Of a stretch of DNA of 64,000 nucleotides, positions 30,074-39,200 are shown piece by piece. The stretch is taken from positions 96,001 to 160,000 of IMG/VR virus record IMGVR_UViG_3300021431_000075; one strand, given 5' to 3'. Position 1 is the first letter of the stretch. Each line of letters opens with the position of its first letter. The position numbers and the translations under genes were made by a program. Source of the stretch: a virus. Its lineage: Duplodnaviria; Caudoviricetes. A model generated the notes under the pieces. It did not search any database. It was not told where the DNA came from and was given only the letters and a program-made list of their open reading frames with translations.

Positions 30074-30358
30074 CTACTCTTTTATTGTTTGCCAATCATA
30101 AAACTTCAACTCGCTTTCAAAAAAATCTTTCCAGTAACCGGATTCGTCATCTTCTTTTAGACTCTCTACATTGTAGTCTTGGTCAAGTTCTTCTTGGTTC
30201 CAGAACTCGGCATTACAAACATGATGATTGACTGAATAATGAAGCATCAACGACCAGTCAAGACCGACCATAGCGCAATAATAGACGGCATCATCGCCTC
30301 TTGAATACACTTGACCTGTTTTCAATCCTTCAATAGTATACTTCATTTTATCTCTCAA
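30074..30358 (-). CDS. hypothetical protein
   Basis: ORF track. Confidence 0.6.
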   Translation of the reverse strand: MRDKMKYTIEGLKTGQVYSRGDDAVYYCAMVGLDWSLMLHYSVNHHVCNAEFWNQEELDQDYNVESLKEDDESGYWKDFFESELKFYDWQTIKE

Positions 30359-31050
30359 TCTTTATTGCTTGAATCTTGTTCTTTCTCTCTTTCGTCAGAC
30401 AAAAATTCATTAACCTTCTTGATGATTTCGCAACAGCAATCCACATAATTGCTGCTTGTCACGTCAAGTTCCGGAACCGTATAAAACGTATCAACATCTT
30501 CATACCACATCGAGCAACCAGAATCGTCCTTGTCCATCCTGAACCTAAACATCTTTCCGCCACCTTCAATGTAAGTCGGAATCAACTCAAGTAGTCTTCC
30601 AAAAGACCAGCACGGCTCATAATGCTGAATCGTTTCTTTGAACTGCTTATATGCAATAACATCGAAACCGATTTTGGGAACCATGTGATCCTGTTCGACA
30701 TCGCCATCCATCCAAGAATAAAAATAATTCGCGGTCGCTGGATTTAAGAATCTTGTTTTCAATTCAACAGACTGCTCCAGACTCGTGTAGTCATTATTTG
30801 AACTGCCCATTGCATTGCGCTCGTTCTTTCCGCAAATCAGCAAATCCTTTTCAGGGAACATTTCCATGAAATCTGTCCAAATCTTCATCTCGACTTTCTT
30901 GTAGTTTTCATTGCCCCGCCTGATTTCTTCCGGTGCAACTACAATCACATGGTACTCCGAATCTGCGTCATATGAATAGGTCAACTCGATTCCAGGGAAC
31001 CAAGTTTTCAAATCCATGAATGTCTTATCTATAAACTCGCTTATCGTCAT
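30355..31050 (-). CDS. fusion: small alpha/beta domain + TxxEQS...PCWS domain
   Basis: YTSLEQS ... PCWSFGRLLEL in the C-terminal half. Confidence 0.7.
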   Translation of the reverse strand: MTISEFIDKTFMDLKTWFPGIELTYSYDADSEYHVIVVAPEEIRRGNENYKKVEMKIWTDFMEMFPEKDLLICGKNERNAMGSSNNDYTSLEQSVELKTRFLNPATANYFYSWMDGDVEQDHMVPKIGFDVIAYKQFKETIQHYEPCWSFGRLLELIPTYIEGGGKMFRFRMDKDDSGCSMWYEDVDTFYTVPELDVTSSNYVDCCCEIIKKVNEFLSDEREKEQDSSNKD

Positions 31051-31091
31051 AACTAAAAAATCTTACAATGAATTATAACTTTCAAACTCAA

Positions 31092-31442
31092 CTATTTTCT
31101 TTTCATCTCGACTATCAGTTTTTCCAAAACATATTCCATCATCTCGTCAAGACATTCCGATATAGTCTCAAAAGACTTGCAACTTGCCGGCGTTCCAATT
31201 GGTTGGCAGTTGTGTCTCATATCCAAAACTAACCCAACATACAAAATATTCTGTTCTTCTCCATGCATGTAGTCAATGCATTTTGCATAGATGAACAGAC
31301 CGAACTTCTCTGCTATCCAGTCAATAGCCATCTGCTGTGTAGCCGCTATCTGCATGCAGTCGCCTTTCGGATAATCGTCATTGAATCCGTTATTTGCAAG
31401 AAGTTCTGCAACCACACGAGAACAATATCTTTCTTTTCTCAT
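31092..31442 (-). CDS. hypothetical phage protein
   Basis: YCSRVVAELL...GF...ATQQMAIDW. Confidence 0.65.
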   Translation of the reverse strand: MRKERYCSRVVAELLANNGFNDDYPKGDCMQIAATQQMAIDWIAEKFGLFIYAKCIDYMHGEEQNILYVGLVLDMRHNCQPIGTPASCKSFETISECLDEMMEYVLEKLIVEMKRK

Positions 31443-31723
31443 TTTTGTATGCTATTATTAATGATTTTCTCAACTTCTCTACTGTGTCTTCTGTTGCAGT
31501 ACTCACAATTTCCACTATGAGAGAACTTGTCAAACAACTCGCAAGAATCAACATTTTCGATTTGTGTCGTATCATTATCGACAATGTATGACTTGTCTTC
31601 TATCTCTTTGAAATTATTCAATGTTCTCTCGCAACAAATAATAACAGATGCCAAAATAAAGCAGGCAATTGATCCAAAAACAATAGTCTTAAGAATCACT
31701 AAATTATACTCTTTCTTAGTCAT
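31439..31723 (-). CDS. small membrane protein
   Basis: N-terminal TM; HSGNCEYC. Confidence 0.6.
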   Translation of the reverse strand: MTKKEYNLVILKTIVFGSIACFILASVIICCERTLNNFKEIEDKSYIVDNDTTQIENVDSCELFDKFSHSGNCEYCNRRHSREVEKIINNSIQK

Positions 31724-31732
31724 TTTAATTCA

Positions 31733-32434
31733 TTATAAAATATTTAGAAAATCTTCCAATTTCTCAAAAGTCTCTTTTGAGATTTTCTTTGAAGAATTAT
31801 CATCAACTGTATAAATGAAAAACGAGCCATCACAAACATCAGGACATATCCTTGTTATCGCATTTATCGGAACAATAGAACCGCTTATTGTCTTGACACA
31901 ATCAATGCGTTTTCTATTATTCCTGTTCTTTCTAAGTTCTTTCATATGCGCTTTATTTAAAAGCGCATAATGCTTGCTCACGCATTCTTCGTTGCATTCG
32001 ACTTTCAAAAACAATTTAAACATCGCCTTCGGATCGAACCGGTGACAATCACCATCATCCCCAACAAGATAGCAATAGTTGTCAACTTCGACACATTCGT
32101 AAATCTTTCCGACCGTGAATGAATCAACTTTGCAATAACCTGTATCAAAAGGATTTTCTATGCAACCATATTTGCATCCAACTTCCGGCTTCAACAACCC
32201 GGATGACGCACAATCATTCGGCAAGCATCTGACAAACAGTTCATATGCTCCAACAGGAGAAAAATAAACACTCTGTCCGTTGTTTGCAACTATCTTGCAA
32301 CCATTTGAACAATAAACAGATTTATAAACACATCCGCGTGTCAAAAGGTCCGGTTCAAGATACGGTCTCCTGATGCAGAAGTATTCTTCTCCGTCTTTTA
32401 TAACAAGATTTCCCATATCATCAAATAACTTCAA
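31733..32434 (-). CDS. hypothetical protein with two GxxYxCI...FTxGxxY modules
   Basis: Paralog of 32421-32840. Confidence 0.7.
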   Translation of the reverse strand: MKLFDDMGNLVIKDGEEYFCIRRPYLEPDLLTRGCVYKSVYCSNGCKIVANNGQSVYFSPVGAYELFVRCLPNDCASSGLLKPEVGCKYGCIENPFDTGYCKVDSFTVGKIYECVEVDNYCYLVGDDGDCHRFDPKAMFKLFLKVECNEECVSKHYALLNKAHMKELRKNRNNRKRIDCVKTISGSIVPINAITRICPDVCDGSFFIYTVDDNSSKKISKETFEKLEDFLNIL

Positions 32435-32840
32435 AAATGTTCATCAACTTCTCATATGTATCTTTCGAAATGAGATGCCATGTCTCGCCAACCCATACCC
32501 GAGTGCTACTAAACTTGGTAATCTTGTCTATCGGAATTATTTCTCCGTCATTATTCATAATAGATTTGATAGTACCACGCCTTCTTAATTTCTTATTATT
32601 GGTTCTCACATTATTCATTGCAGGTTCAAGTCTGAAAAACTTTGCATTATAACTTGCATTTGTCATCGGAAACAGACTTCCATCTTCAGCTTTCAAACAT
32701 TTAACACCAATAGAATCTTTCATGCACTCATATGAGCCGCCTTCTTTGAACAATCGTGAAAGAATCTCCGGACTTTTTGTGCATATATATTTGCATCCCT
32801 CTTCAAAAACAAGTTCATTTATTTTATCTACAGAGTTCAT
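32421..32840 (-). CDS. hypothetical protein
   Basis: Shares IVPIxxIT...ISKxTxEKL C-terminus with the 31733 gene. Confidence 0.7.
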   Translation of the reverse strand: MNSVDKINELVFEEGCKYICTKSPEILSRLFKEGGSYECMKDSIGVKCLKAEDGSLFPMTNASYNAKFFRLEPAMNNVRTNNKKLRRRGTIKSIMNNDGEIIPIDKITKFSSTRVWVGETWHLISKDTYEKLMNIFEVI

Positions 32841-33670
32841 CAGTCAAAAATTTCTATCTTATAGTTATTCACACTAACAATATAAGTTACATTCTCCGTC
32901 TCTGTCGTGCGGCACCAGCCAGCATCGACATATCTTTCCTTCTTCTTCGACCAGAAATATCTCTTTCCAGTCTTGATTTGTTTCGGATGCGGCTCATGTT
33001 CCCAACAGTCTTCAAAAACCCGCATAAAGATTGTATTGTCTGTGCAATAGAAGTCATAGACAATCCGTTTTGCTTTAATTGTCAACAACCCGTAATCAGA
33101 CGACTTAACCTCGACATCTTGCAGAAAAACGGAAGTTAAAACACACGCTCTATGTTCTGTCTCGTTGAACAGAACTATCGTATTGTCATTTTTAATGATG
33201 CCGTACTTATAGAAATCGGCAATGACTGAGTTATTGACGTTATTCACCATGACCATAAGAAATGTATCTACTCTTGAAAATTCAACATCTGCATACTTCG
33301 CTTCGGAAATAGTCCGGTCGTTATCAGGAAGTTAAATTACTTCAGATTCTAATGTCTGTTCACACTCCGGTTCAGGAACATCACTTTCGACAGAGTCGTT
33401 ACAAACTACTGCAGCATCGTTCTTGTCATCCATGATAAAATTATCTGGAATTTCCTGCTGAATTACAGAATCATCCCGTGTTGCTTGCAACAAGTCTCCA
33501 TCTTCCGGATTATTCTCAATATCAACCAATGTTCCGAACTCGCACTTGAAACCCTGTTCCTTTAGTGCCAAGTCAACACACTGTGCAGAGACAACCAAAG
33601 TGCTCTGAACAAGTTGCTGTCTAAAATCAGCAACAAACTTATTAAAATCAATTTGTCTTTCGCTTTTCAT
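32840..33670 (-). pseudogene. single gene split by an in-frame TAA at 33332-33334
   Basis: ORFs 33332..33742 and 32840..33256 are in frame and joined by 25 open codons. Confidence 0.55.
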
Positions 33671-33689
33671 TGCTTTTGTATTTTTGCTT

Positions 33690-33911
33690 CTAACCGTTTT
33701 TCCTGTTTCCTTTAGTATCAAACTCTTGATTCTTTCCGTCATAAAGCGTCAAGTTTCCAACATCAACATCATGCCCGCCGTCTTCATAATGCCATTGGAA
33801 AAATGTATGCTCATTATGATTAAGCGGATAAAAGACACTGACATCAACAATCTTGTGCGGTCTCTTGTCACCGTCCAGTCGCATGACTATGTCACCAATC
33901 TTGAAACCCAT
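33690..33911 (-). CDS. single FKIGD-type small domain protein
   Basis: MGFKIGDIV... Confidence 0.6.
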   Translation of the reverse strand: MGFKIGDIVMRLDGDKRPHKIVDVSVFYPLNHNEHTFFQWHYEDGGHDVDVGNLTLYDGKNQEFDTKGNRKNG

Positions 33912-33944
33912 GATTTAAACTTCTTCAAAGACCTTTTGCAATAA

Positions 33945-34802
33945 CTATGATTGCAAGTTCTTGTTGTTTCCGTCGATTTGTCGATTTTTTATTGCAACGT
34001 CTCTGAGCCATTCTCGAAACTCTCTAACTATAGCATCAATGGGGAAATCTCTCGTGTTTTGATGTTTGTTATAAATTTCAAAGACCTTATCGCATGTCTC
34101 GTCAATGGGAATAGTTATTTCATTACCATCAGAATGACAAATCAACTTCATCCGAGATTCTGCATTGACGGATATATTTGATTTCGGCAATTCTTCTGGA
34201 AAATTACCAGCAATACGCGAAACATCATAAGAATATGCTCCGCTAATCTCATTATGAGCAATGCCAACAATCTTATAAACATCACCGTTGTACTCAATAT
34301 AGTCTCCTTCCTTATATGAAGGCAGTTTTGTTAGTTTCTTGATTTTTGGTTCAAATTCAAAACCAGATTCCATCAACAAATCATCAAGCATTCGCTTATC
34401 TCCGGGAGAAGCCGGGCTTGCTTTCGTTTCATCAAGAATCCAACCGCATTCATATACATTGTCTGTTATCTGAAGATAACCGGACGCATCAATTCCTGCA
34501 AATGCATATACCGAACCGGAAGTAAGTTTGTCGGTATGTGACTTGAATATGACGACAATATCACTGTCATCACCGCCACGTATATAATCTCCGAGTTTTG
34601 CATCTGCAAGAGTCCATAACCGCAAGTCCTTAATCTCATCTGCTGGCACAACATACTGATTGTTTGCAAACTTCTTGAAGTTGCAGCAATTCAAGACTAT
34701 CTTGTCATCGCTTGTTTCACATACGCGTCCGTATCTACCGGTGTCGCCGATACAAACCCAGTCTTTGTAGTTAAATTTTGTTGAATTTTTGTTTGTTTCC
34801 AT
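33945..34802 (-). CDS. modular repeat protein (1 module + YKEGD unit)
   Basis: KFNYKDW...LWTLADAKLGD...PASPGD. Confidence 0.75.
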   Translation of the reverse strand: METNKNSTKFNYKDWVCIGDTGRYGRVCETSDDKIVLNCCNFKKFANNQYVVPADEIKDLRLWTLADAKLGDYIRGGDDSDIVVIFKSHTDKLTSGSVYAFAGIDASGYLQITDNVYECGWILDETKASPASPGDKRMLDDLLMESGFEFEPKIKKLTKLPSYKEGDYIEYNGDVYKIVGIAHNEISGAYSYDVSRIAGNFPEELPKSNISVNAESRMKLICHSDGNEITIPIDETCDKVFEIYNKHQNTRDFPIDAIVREFREWLRDVAIKNRQIDGNNKNLQS

Positions 34803-34831
34803 AATTCATTGCACATCTTTTTTAATGCATT

Positions 34832-34864
34832 TGCAAATATAGATAATTATTTGTACCAAGCAAA
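34832..34864 (-). promoter_or_regulatory. Bacteroidota primary-sigma promoter
   Basis: TTTG-19nt-TATATTTGCA. Confidence 0.8.
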
Positions 34865-34962
34865 GAAAAAATAATATTTTTATAATTTTTTAACAATCAA
34901 ATCTAAACTTTTTTCATCTTCCATAGTATACATAATCGCACAATAATTCAAATTCTAACTTT

Positions 34963-35457
34963 ATGGAAGTAATTCAAAGTTTCACAATCGACCACACAAA
35001 CCTGAAACCGGGAATCTATGTTTCAAGACAAGACCGCGGTTTCACCACATTCGACCTGAGAATCACAGAACCGAACAAGGAACCCGCAGTGGCTCCTGCA
35101 GCAATGCACAGTATCGAGCATCTCATGGCGACATGGTTCCGCAACAGCACAGTTAAAGATGATGTTGTCTATGTCGGACCCATGGGATGCCTGACCGGAA
35201 TGTACATCATAATGACAGGGAACTATTCAGTAGAAGATATGCATTCATTGACAATGCAATGTCTTGAATGGATCCTAAAACAAGACAAAGTTCCTGCTAC
35301 GACTCCGCAAACATGCGGAAACTATCTGCTACATGACCTGCCGATGTGCAAATTCGAATGCCAGAGATATCTGAACAGACTGAAAAGCGATTTCCATTCA
35401 GAGTACACAAAACTGGAAATAACTCTTGATGATGGAAAGATGTTCGCAGACGCATAG
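34963..35457 (+). CDS. luxS: S-ribosylhomocysteine lyase (AI-2 synthase)
   Basis: SFTIDHT, FDLR..EPN, HSIEH, GPMGCLTG, CGNY..H all intact. Confidence 0.95.
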   Translation: MEVIQSFTIDHTNLKPGIYVSRQDRGFTTFDLRITEPNKEPAVAPAAMHSIEHLMATWFRNSTVKDDVVYVGPMGCLTGMYIIMTGNYSVEDMHSLTMQCLEWILKQDKVPATTPQTCGNYLLHDLPMCKFECQRYLNRLKSDFHSEYTKLEITLDDGKMFADA

Positions 35458-35460
35458 AAG

Positions 35461-35509
35461 AGAAAACCGCTTGAATGTCTCATTTGAAGATTTCAAGCGG
35501 TTTTTCTCT
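35461..35509. terminator. bidirectional terminator between convergent genes
   Basis: AAAACCGCTTGAA/TTCAAGCGGTTTT inverted repeat. Confidence 0.8.
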
Positions 35510-36528
35510 TATTCGAACTTTCCATTACGAATAATGTGCCAAACGCCGGCTTTTATCCTTTCTCCGTCAACAATCTCTGTCTTAATAGAAACCGGAGCAT
35601 TCTTCGCTTCAGACCATTCAACAAGAGTTATCTTCGACCCGATTGTTGCCTTGACCTTGCAGTGCCTTCCCAAGCAAACGATTTCTGCTCTCTCTCCGGC
35701 AACATTGACTTTTGTGCAACTGCCACTCACTCTAATTCTTGAACTATGACCGGCTACATAAATCATTGACTCATATCCAGTCGCTTCTATGAATGCATTA
35801 TGATCAAAAACTGCAATCTTTGCAAAATTTCCGCTCGAATGTATTTCTGGCTTATATCCGGCACTAATAATCTTTGCATTATCACCCGATGACTTTATTT
35901 TTGAATAGAACCCTGTAGAGCAAACCGTGACAAAACCGCCGCTTGTATTAACTTCCTGCCGTTCGAAGTCCATCACAATCTTTTGATAAGGACCCGTCGA
36001 TTCAACAAAGTCTCTAATGTTACGAAGATATGCAGTTGAAGCAAAACCGGATATATAAGCACTCGCGAAACTTGTTTTAAGAACTATATTAGTCCGTTCC
36101 TTTCCATCATCATTCAATATAGATGAAAACTTTTCTGTAGTTTCGTCATATTCAGAAATAAAAGACGTGGCATTGCTCAAATGTCTCTCATAAATATAAT
36201 TTGCACAACACTTAACAAATTGTTCTACTGTCATCTCTTCAAGAATGTGAATCTTTGATGATGCGGTTTTTATATTTCTTTCATCAACAGACATCATTCC
36301 GCTTTGCTCAACCTTGCAAAATCTTGAAATCTCACAAGATTGATTGATGAAATAGAACAACAAGACATCAAGAGGATTCTCACATGCGTGGAAACCGTAA
36401 TTGCATACCGATGGCTGCTTTCCGTCGGCAGGGAGCTCGTACTCTTTTCCGACTTCGTATTGAAACCCGTTGCATTTCAAGTCTTTGTCAAAACCTTTGA
36501 AAGCGATGACTGTTTTCTGTCCATCCAT
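35509..36528 (-). CDS. phage protein with KGFDKDLKCxGFQYEVG domain and beta-helix-like repeats
   Basis: GFHACENPLDV; SSGDNAKI-type repeats. Confidence 0.75.
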   Translation of the reverse strand: MDGQKTVIAFKGFDKDLKCNGFQYEVGKEYELPADGKQPSVCNYGFHACENPLDVLLFYFINQSCEISRFCKVEQSGMMSVDERNIKTASSKIHILEEMTVEQFVKCCANYIYERHLSNATSFISEYDETTEKFSSILNDDGKERTNIVLKTSFASAYISGFASTAYLRNIRDFVESTGPYQKIVMDFERQEVNTSGGFVTVCSTGFYSKIKSSGDNAKIISAGYKPEIHSSGNFAKIAVFDHNAFIEATGYESMIYVAGHSSRIRVSGSCTKVNVAGERAEIVCLGRHCKVKATIGSKITLVEWSEAKNAPVSIKTEIVDGERIKAGVWHIIRNGKFE

Positions 36529-36531
36529 ATG

Positions 36532-36846
36532 TCATTCAGTTTTCTTTATCAAATTGCTCATCTCGCAAACTCTGTCTTGCCATCCTGTTATGATGCTCGG
36601 AGAATGCGTTGTTACAATCAGCTGCATGTTAGGGTTCAACTCTAACATCTCTCTAATTAGGATTTCTTGCCAATCTATGTGCAAATTATATTCCGGCATA
36701 TCCAAAAAGAATATGCACGGCATGCAATTAGTATAGTCTGTTTTCAACAAAAGCAAAAGCAACTCTTTCTCGCCGTATGACAATTCATAATAATTGATTT
36801 TGCGTCCGAATTTTGTGAAAACGAAATCACTTCCAATATTGCTCTC
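36532..36846 (-). pseudogene. C-terminal fragment of an AAA_21/ABC ATPase, abutting the IS right end
   Basis: LSYGEK signature, FLDMPEYNLHIDWQ, IVTTHSPSII; frame open up to the IS end; no Walker A. Confidence 0.7.
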
Positions 36847-36884
36847 GTGACGCTCCCAGTCCTAAAGGACCTGGGCTTCGCGGT

Positions 36885-38297
36885 TCAACCTTCGATGGTC
36901 TCGTCAGAGAAGAATAGTTCCCTGACGCCTTCATCAAAGTCCCCGCGCGTGAATTCGGACCCGTCCAGTCCTATCTTTTGAGGCATGTTGAGGTACAGCC
37001 AGACCATATCCTTTGCGGAATGTACATCGCGGTCTCCGTCGTCATGCCCGCAATGCGGGCATACGAACTTCCGGTCGCTTTGCTTTATATCATCATGCAT
37101 CATTCCGCAGTGCGTGCAAAGTTTCGTGGTCGGCACCCATCTGTCTATGACATGGACTTGACTTGAGCAAGCCAGTCTCTTCTTCACAAGTCCAAGAATG
37201 CCGTGCTGCACTTTCCTTCCATGGTTGTTCTGTTGCCATCCGGACAGGTTCTCGTCTTGGATGACCAGAACGTGGCTCTCGTTAAGAACCTTGTTGCAAA
37301 ACTCTATTGCAGCATTCTTCTTGACATTGCACATCTTCTCATACTCGCGCTCGATTTGCACAAGTGTCTTGCACATCCTGTTAGAGTTCTTAATCTTCTT
37401 GCGGTTCTTCTTCTTTCCGTTCCAACCCTTGTCAACCAGCTGACGGTTGAACTTTCTCTGAAGACGCTTCAGACGCTCTGTTTCTTCAATCTGTGCATTA
37501 TACTTGTTGCCGTATGCATCCGTTGCCGTTGTCATGCAGCCCAAGTCAAGCGCGTTTATATTATACTCCGGAAGTTTGTCTTCCGGATTCTCTATGTTCC
37601 TGTTCTTGCTCCAGTTCTTCTTTGATTCCTTGTATGAAAGCCATTGCTCTTTGTCAACATACACTGTCTGCAATATGTAATACGACTCTCCGCGATGCGC
37701 AAGCTTCGCAACAGACATCTCGTACTCCATGCCAATCTTGTCAAGATGTCTGAGCTGACGCATTCCGGCAACCCGTATCTCAGAATCGAATCCCTGAACT
37801 CTGTAGCTGTTCGTGTCGCATACCTGATGTGTCAGACCGTATTGCTTCAGCTCTATGCTCGTGCAATCGGACTTGAACTTCAACCATCCGACCTTGTAAC
37901 CCGCTTTCTTCAGTCTGTTCAGTGTCTTCAGTTCCCGCTTTGTCTGCGTGATGACTGCGTCTCGCATGCTGCTCATCAGGCACTCGACTTCTGTCTCTAT
38001 GACATTTCCGCTCTTGTCGAGATGAGAAACCTTTGTGAATTCTTTCTGAGTGAAGCTTGAAACCTTTCTTGCAGAATCTCCATACTTTTTCTTGTTCATC
38101 TGGTCAATCATCGAGTTCTTGACCCACTTTGCTTCTGTGAAGCAGCATTTCAAGCGATCGAATGTTCCGTTCTTCCTGTTTCGCTTCTCGTTGCGGACCT
38201 TGAACTCGAAAACAAGAGGAACCTGATTCTTGCGCTTTTCAATCGTCGCAAGAATAGACTCTTTGATTCTCTGGTTTTTCTGTTCACGAAACGTCAT
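36885..38297 (-). CDS. tnpB: TnpB RNA-guided endonuclease, 470 aa
   Basis: ALDLG, IQDENL, CTHC/CPHC, DRDVHSA. Confidence 0.9.
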   Translation of the reverse strand: MTFREQKNQRIKESILATIEKRKNQVPLVFEFKVRNEKRNRKNGTFDRLKCCFTEAKWVKNSMIDQMNKKKYGDSARKVSSFTQKEFTKVSHLDKSGNVIETEVECLMSSMRDAVITQTKRELKTLNRLKKAGYKVGWLKFKSDCTSIELKQYGLTHQVCDTNSYRVQGFDSEIRVAGMRQLRHLDKIGMEYEMSVAKLAHRGESYYILQTVYVDKEQWLSYKESKKNWSKNRNIENPEDKLPEYNINALDLGCMTTATDAYGNKYNAQIEETERLKRLQRKFNRQLVDKGWNGKKKNRKKIKNSNRMCKTLVQIEREYEKMCNVKKNAAIEFCNKVLNESHVLVIQDENLSGWQQNNHGRKVQHGILGLVKKRLACSSQVHVIDRWVPTTKLCTHCGMMHDDIKQSDRKFVCPHCGHDDGDRDVHSAKDMVWLYLNMPQKIGLDGSEFTRGDFDEGVRELFFSDETIEG

Positions 38298-38418
38298 ATA
38301 AAAACAAGTATGCTTACTTAAATTATTTATCTAACAGTTTATTTGCTAAAATTCAATTTTCTATTTTTAAACTAAAATACAATTCATAAGTAATTAAAGG
38401 CATTATATATAGATTGTT

Positions 38419-38829
38419 ATGCAAAAGTTCTATGAAACATTCGGTCATACAAAGACAAGAATAAGTTATCATATGATATTCTCTACAAAATACAGAAGAA
38501 AATGCCTTGATGTGATTCGCGATGTAGTTATTGAATCATTCAGGATGGCTGAACAGAAATCAAAGTTAACTATTTACGAAATGGAACTGGACAATGACCA
38601 TATTCATTTTCTCATAAACATTCCGCCAAGCATTTCTGTCTCAGACAGCGTCAGACTATTGAAGCAATATAGCACTTATTATATCTACAAGAACACATAT
38701 GCTACCATTCACTTAAGAAAATTCTACTGGGACACCAAGCGATTGCTATGAACGAGCGGATACTTCTGTTCCACTATTGGGGAAGTGTCTGAAGAAACTC
38801 TCAGGTATTACATAGAGAACCAAGGCTGA
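38419..38829 (+). pseudogene. tnpA: IS200-type Y1 transposase with TGA at the conserved Trp
   Basis: YHMIFSTKYRR, DHIHFL, then L*TSGYFCSTIG...RYYIENQG. Confidence 0.9.
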
Positions 38830-38886
38830 ATTGTTATGCCGATTCATACGACGAACTTAAAAGTTCGCGTCTTTCTCGGCATTTTT

Positions 38887-39198
38887 GTAATGTACTTCAT
38901 AAAGTCGTTCCAGAACTTGCTACGTTCGTTCAATTCTTTCATCCATATCTGCTGTGCTTCGTTCTGCTGTTGCAGTGTTTGCAGGAAGTGTACGGTCATT
39001 CTCGCTTTTTTTTGCAGTCTGTGAGTCTGGTTGCACGGTCTCAACCTGTTCAAGCAGCCATCCGATGCAATCGTCTATCGTGTTGTCGCCGGCAATCTTC
39101 GTCTGCTTCTGATTGTATTCTCTCTCGACATGTGCATCTGCTGGCTGTTCCGCTTCACGCTTTCTTTTCATGGATTTAAAGAAATTGATAATGTTCAT
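38887..39198 (-). pseudogene. hypothetical gene, frameshifted at an A8 run and cut by the IS left end
   Basis: The two overlapping ORFs join if one A is removed at 39006-39013. Confidence 0.45.
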
Positions 39199-39200
39199 AG

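Larger units (their letters stand above)
36847..38886 (-). mobile_element. IS200/IS605-family element with divergent tnpA and tnpB
   Basis: Terminal hairpins at about 36854-36874 and 38837-38882; right end finishes TCAC; TTAC precedes the left end. Confidence 0.85.

Noticed and set aside
38749-38751. TGA-to-Trp recoding suggested by tnpA
   Set aside because: Single case; TGA is a normal stop elsewhere and Trp is coded TGG.
38887-38922. TAG read-through joining the 38920 ORF to the ATPase fragment across the IS
   Set aside because: The frames match, but that has a one-in-three chance; the upstream part has no ATPase motifs and there is no other support for recoding.
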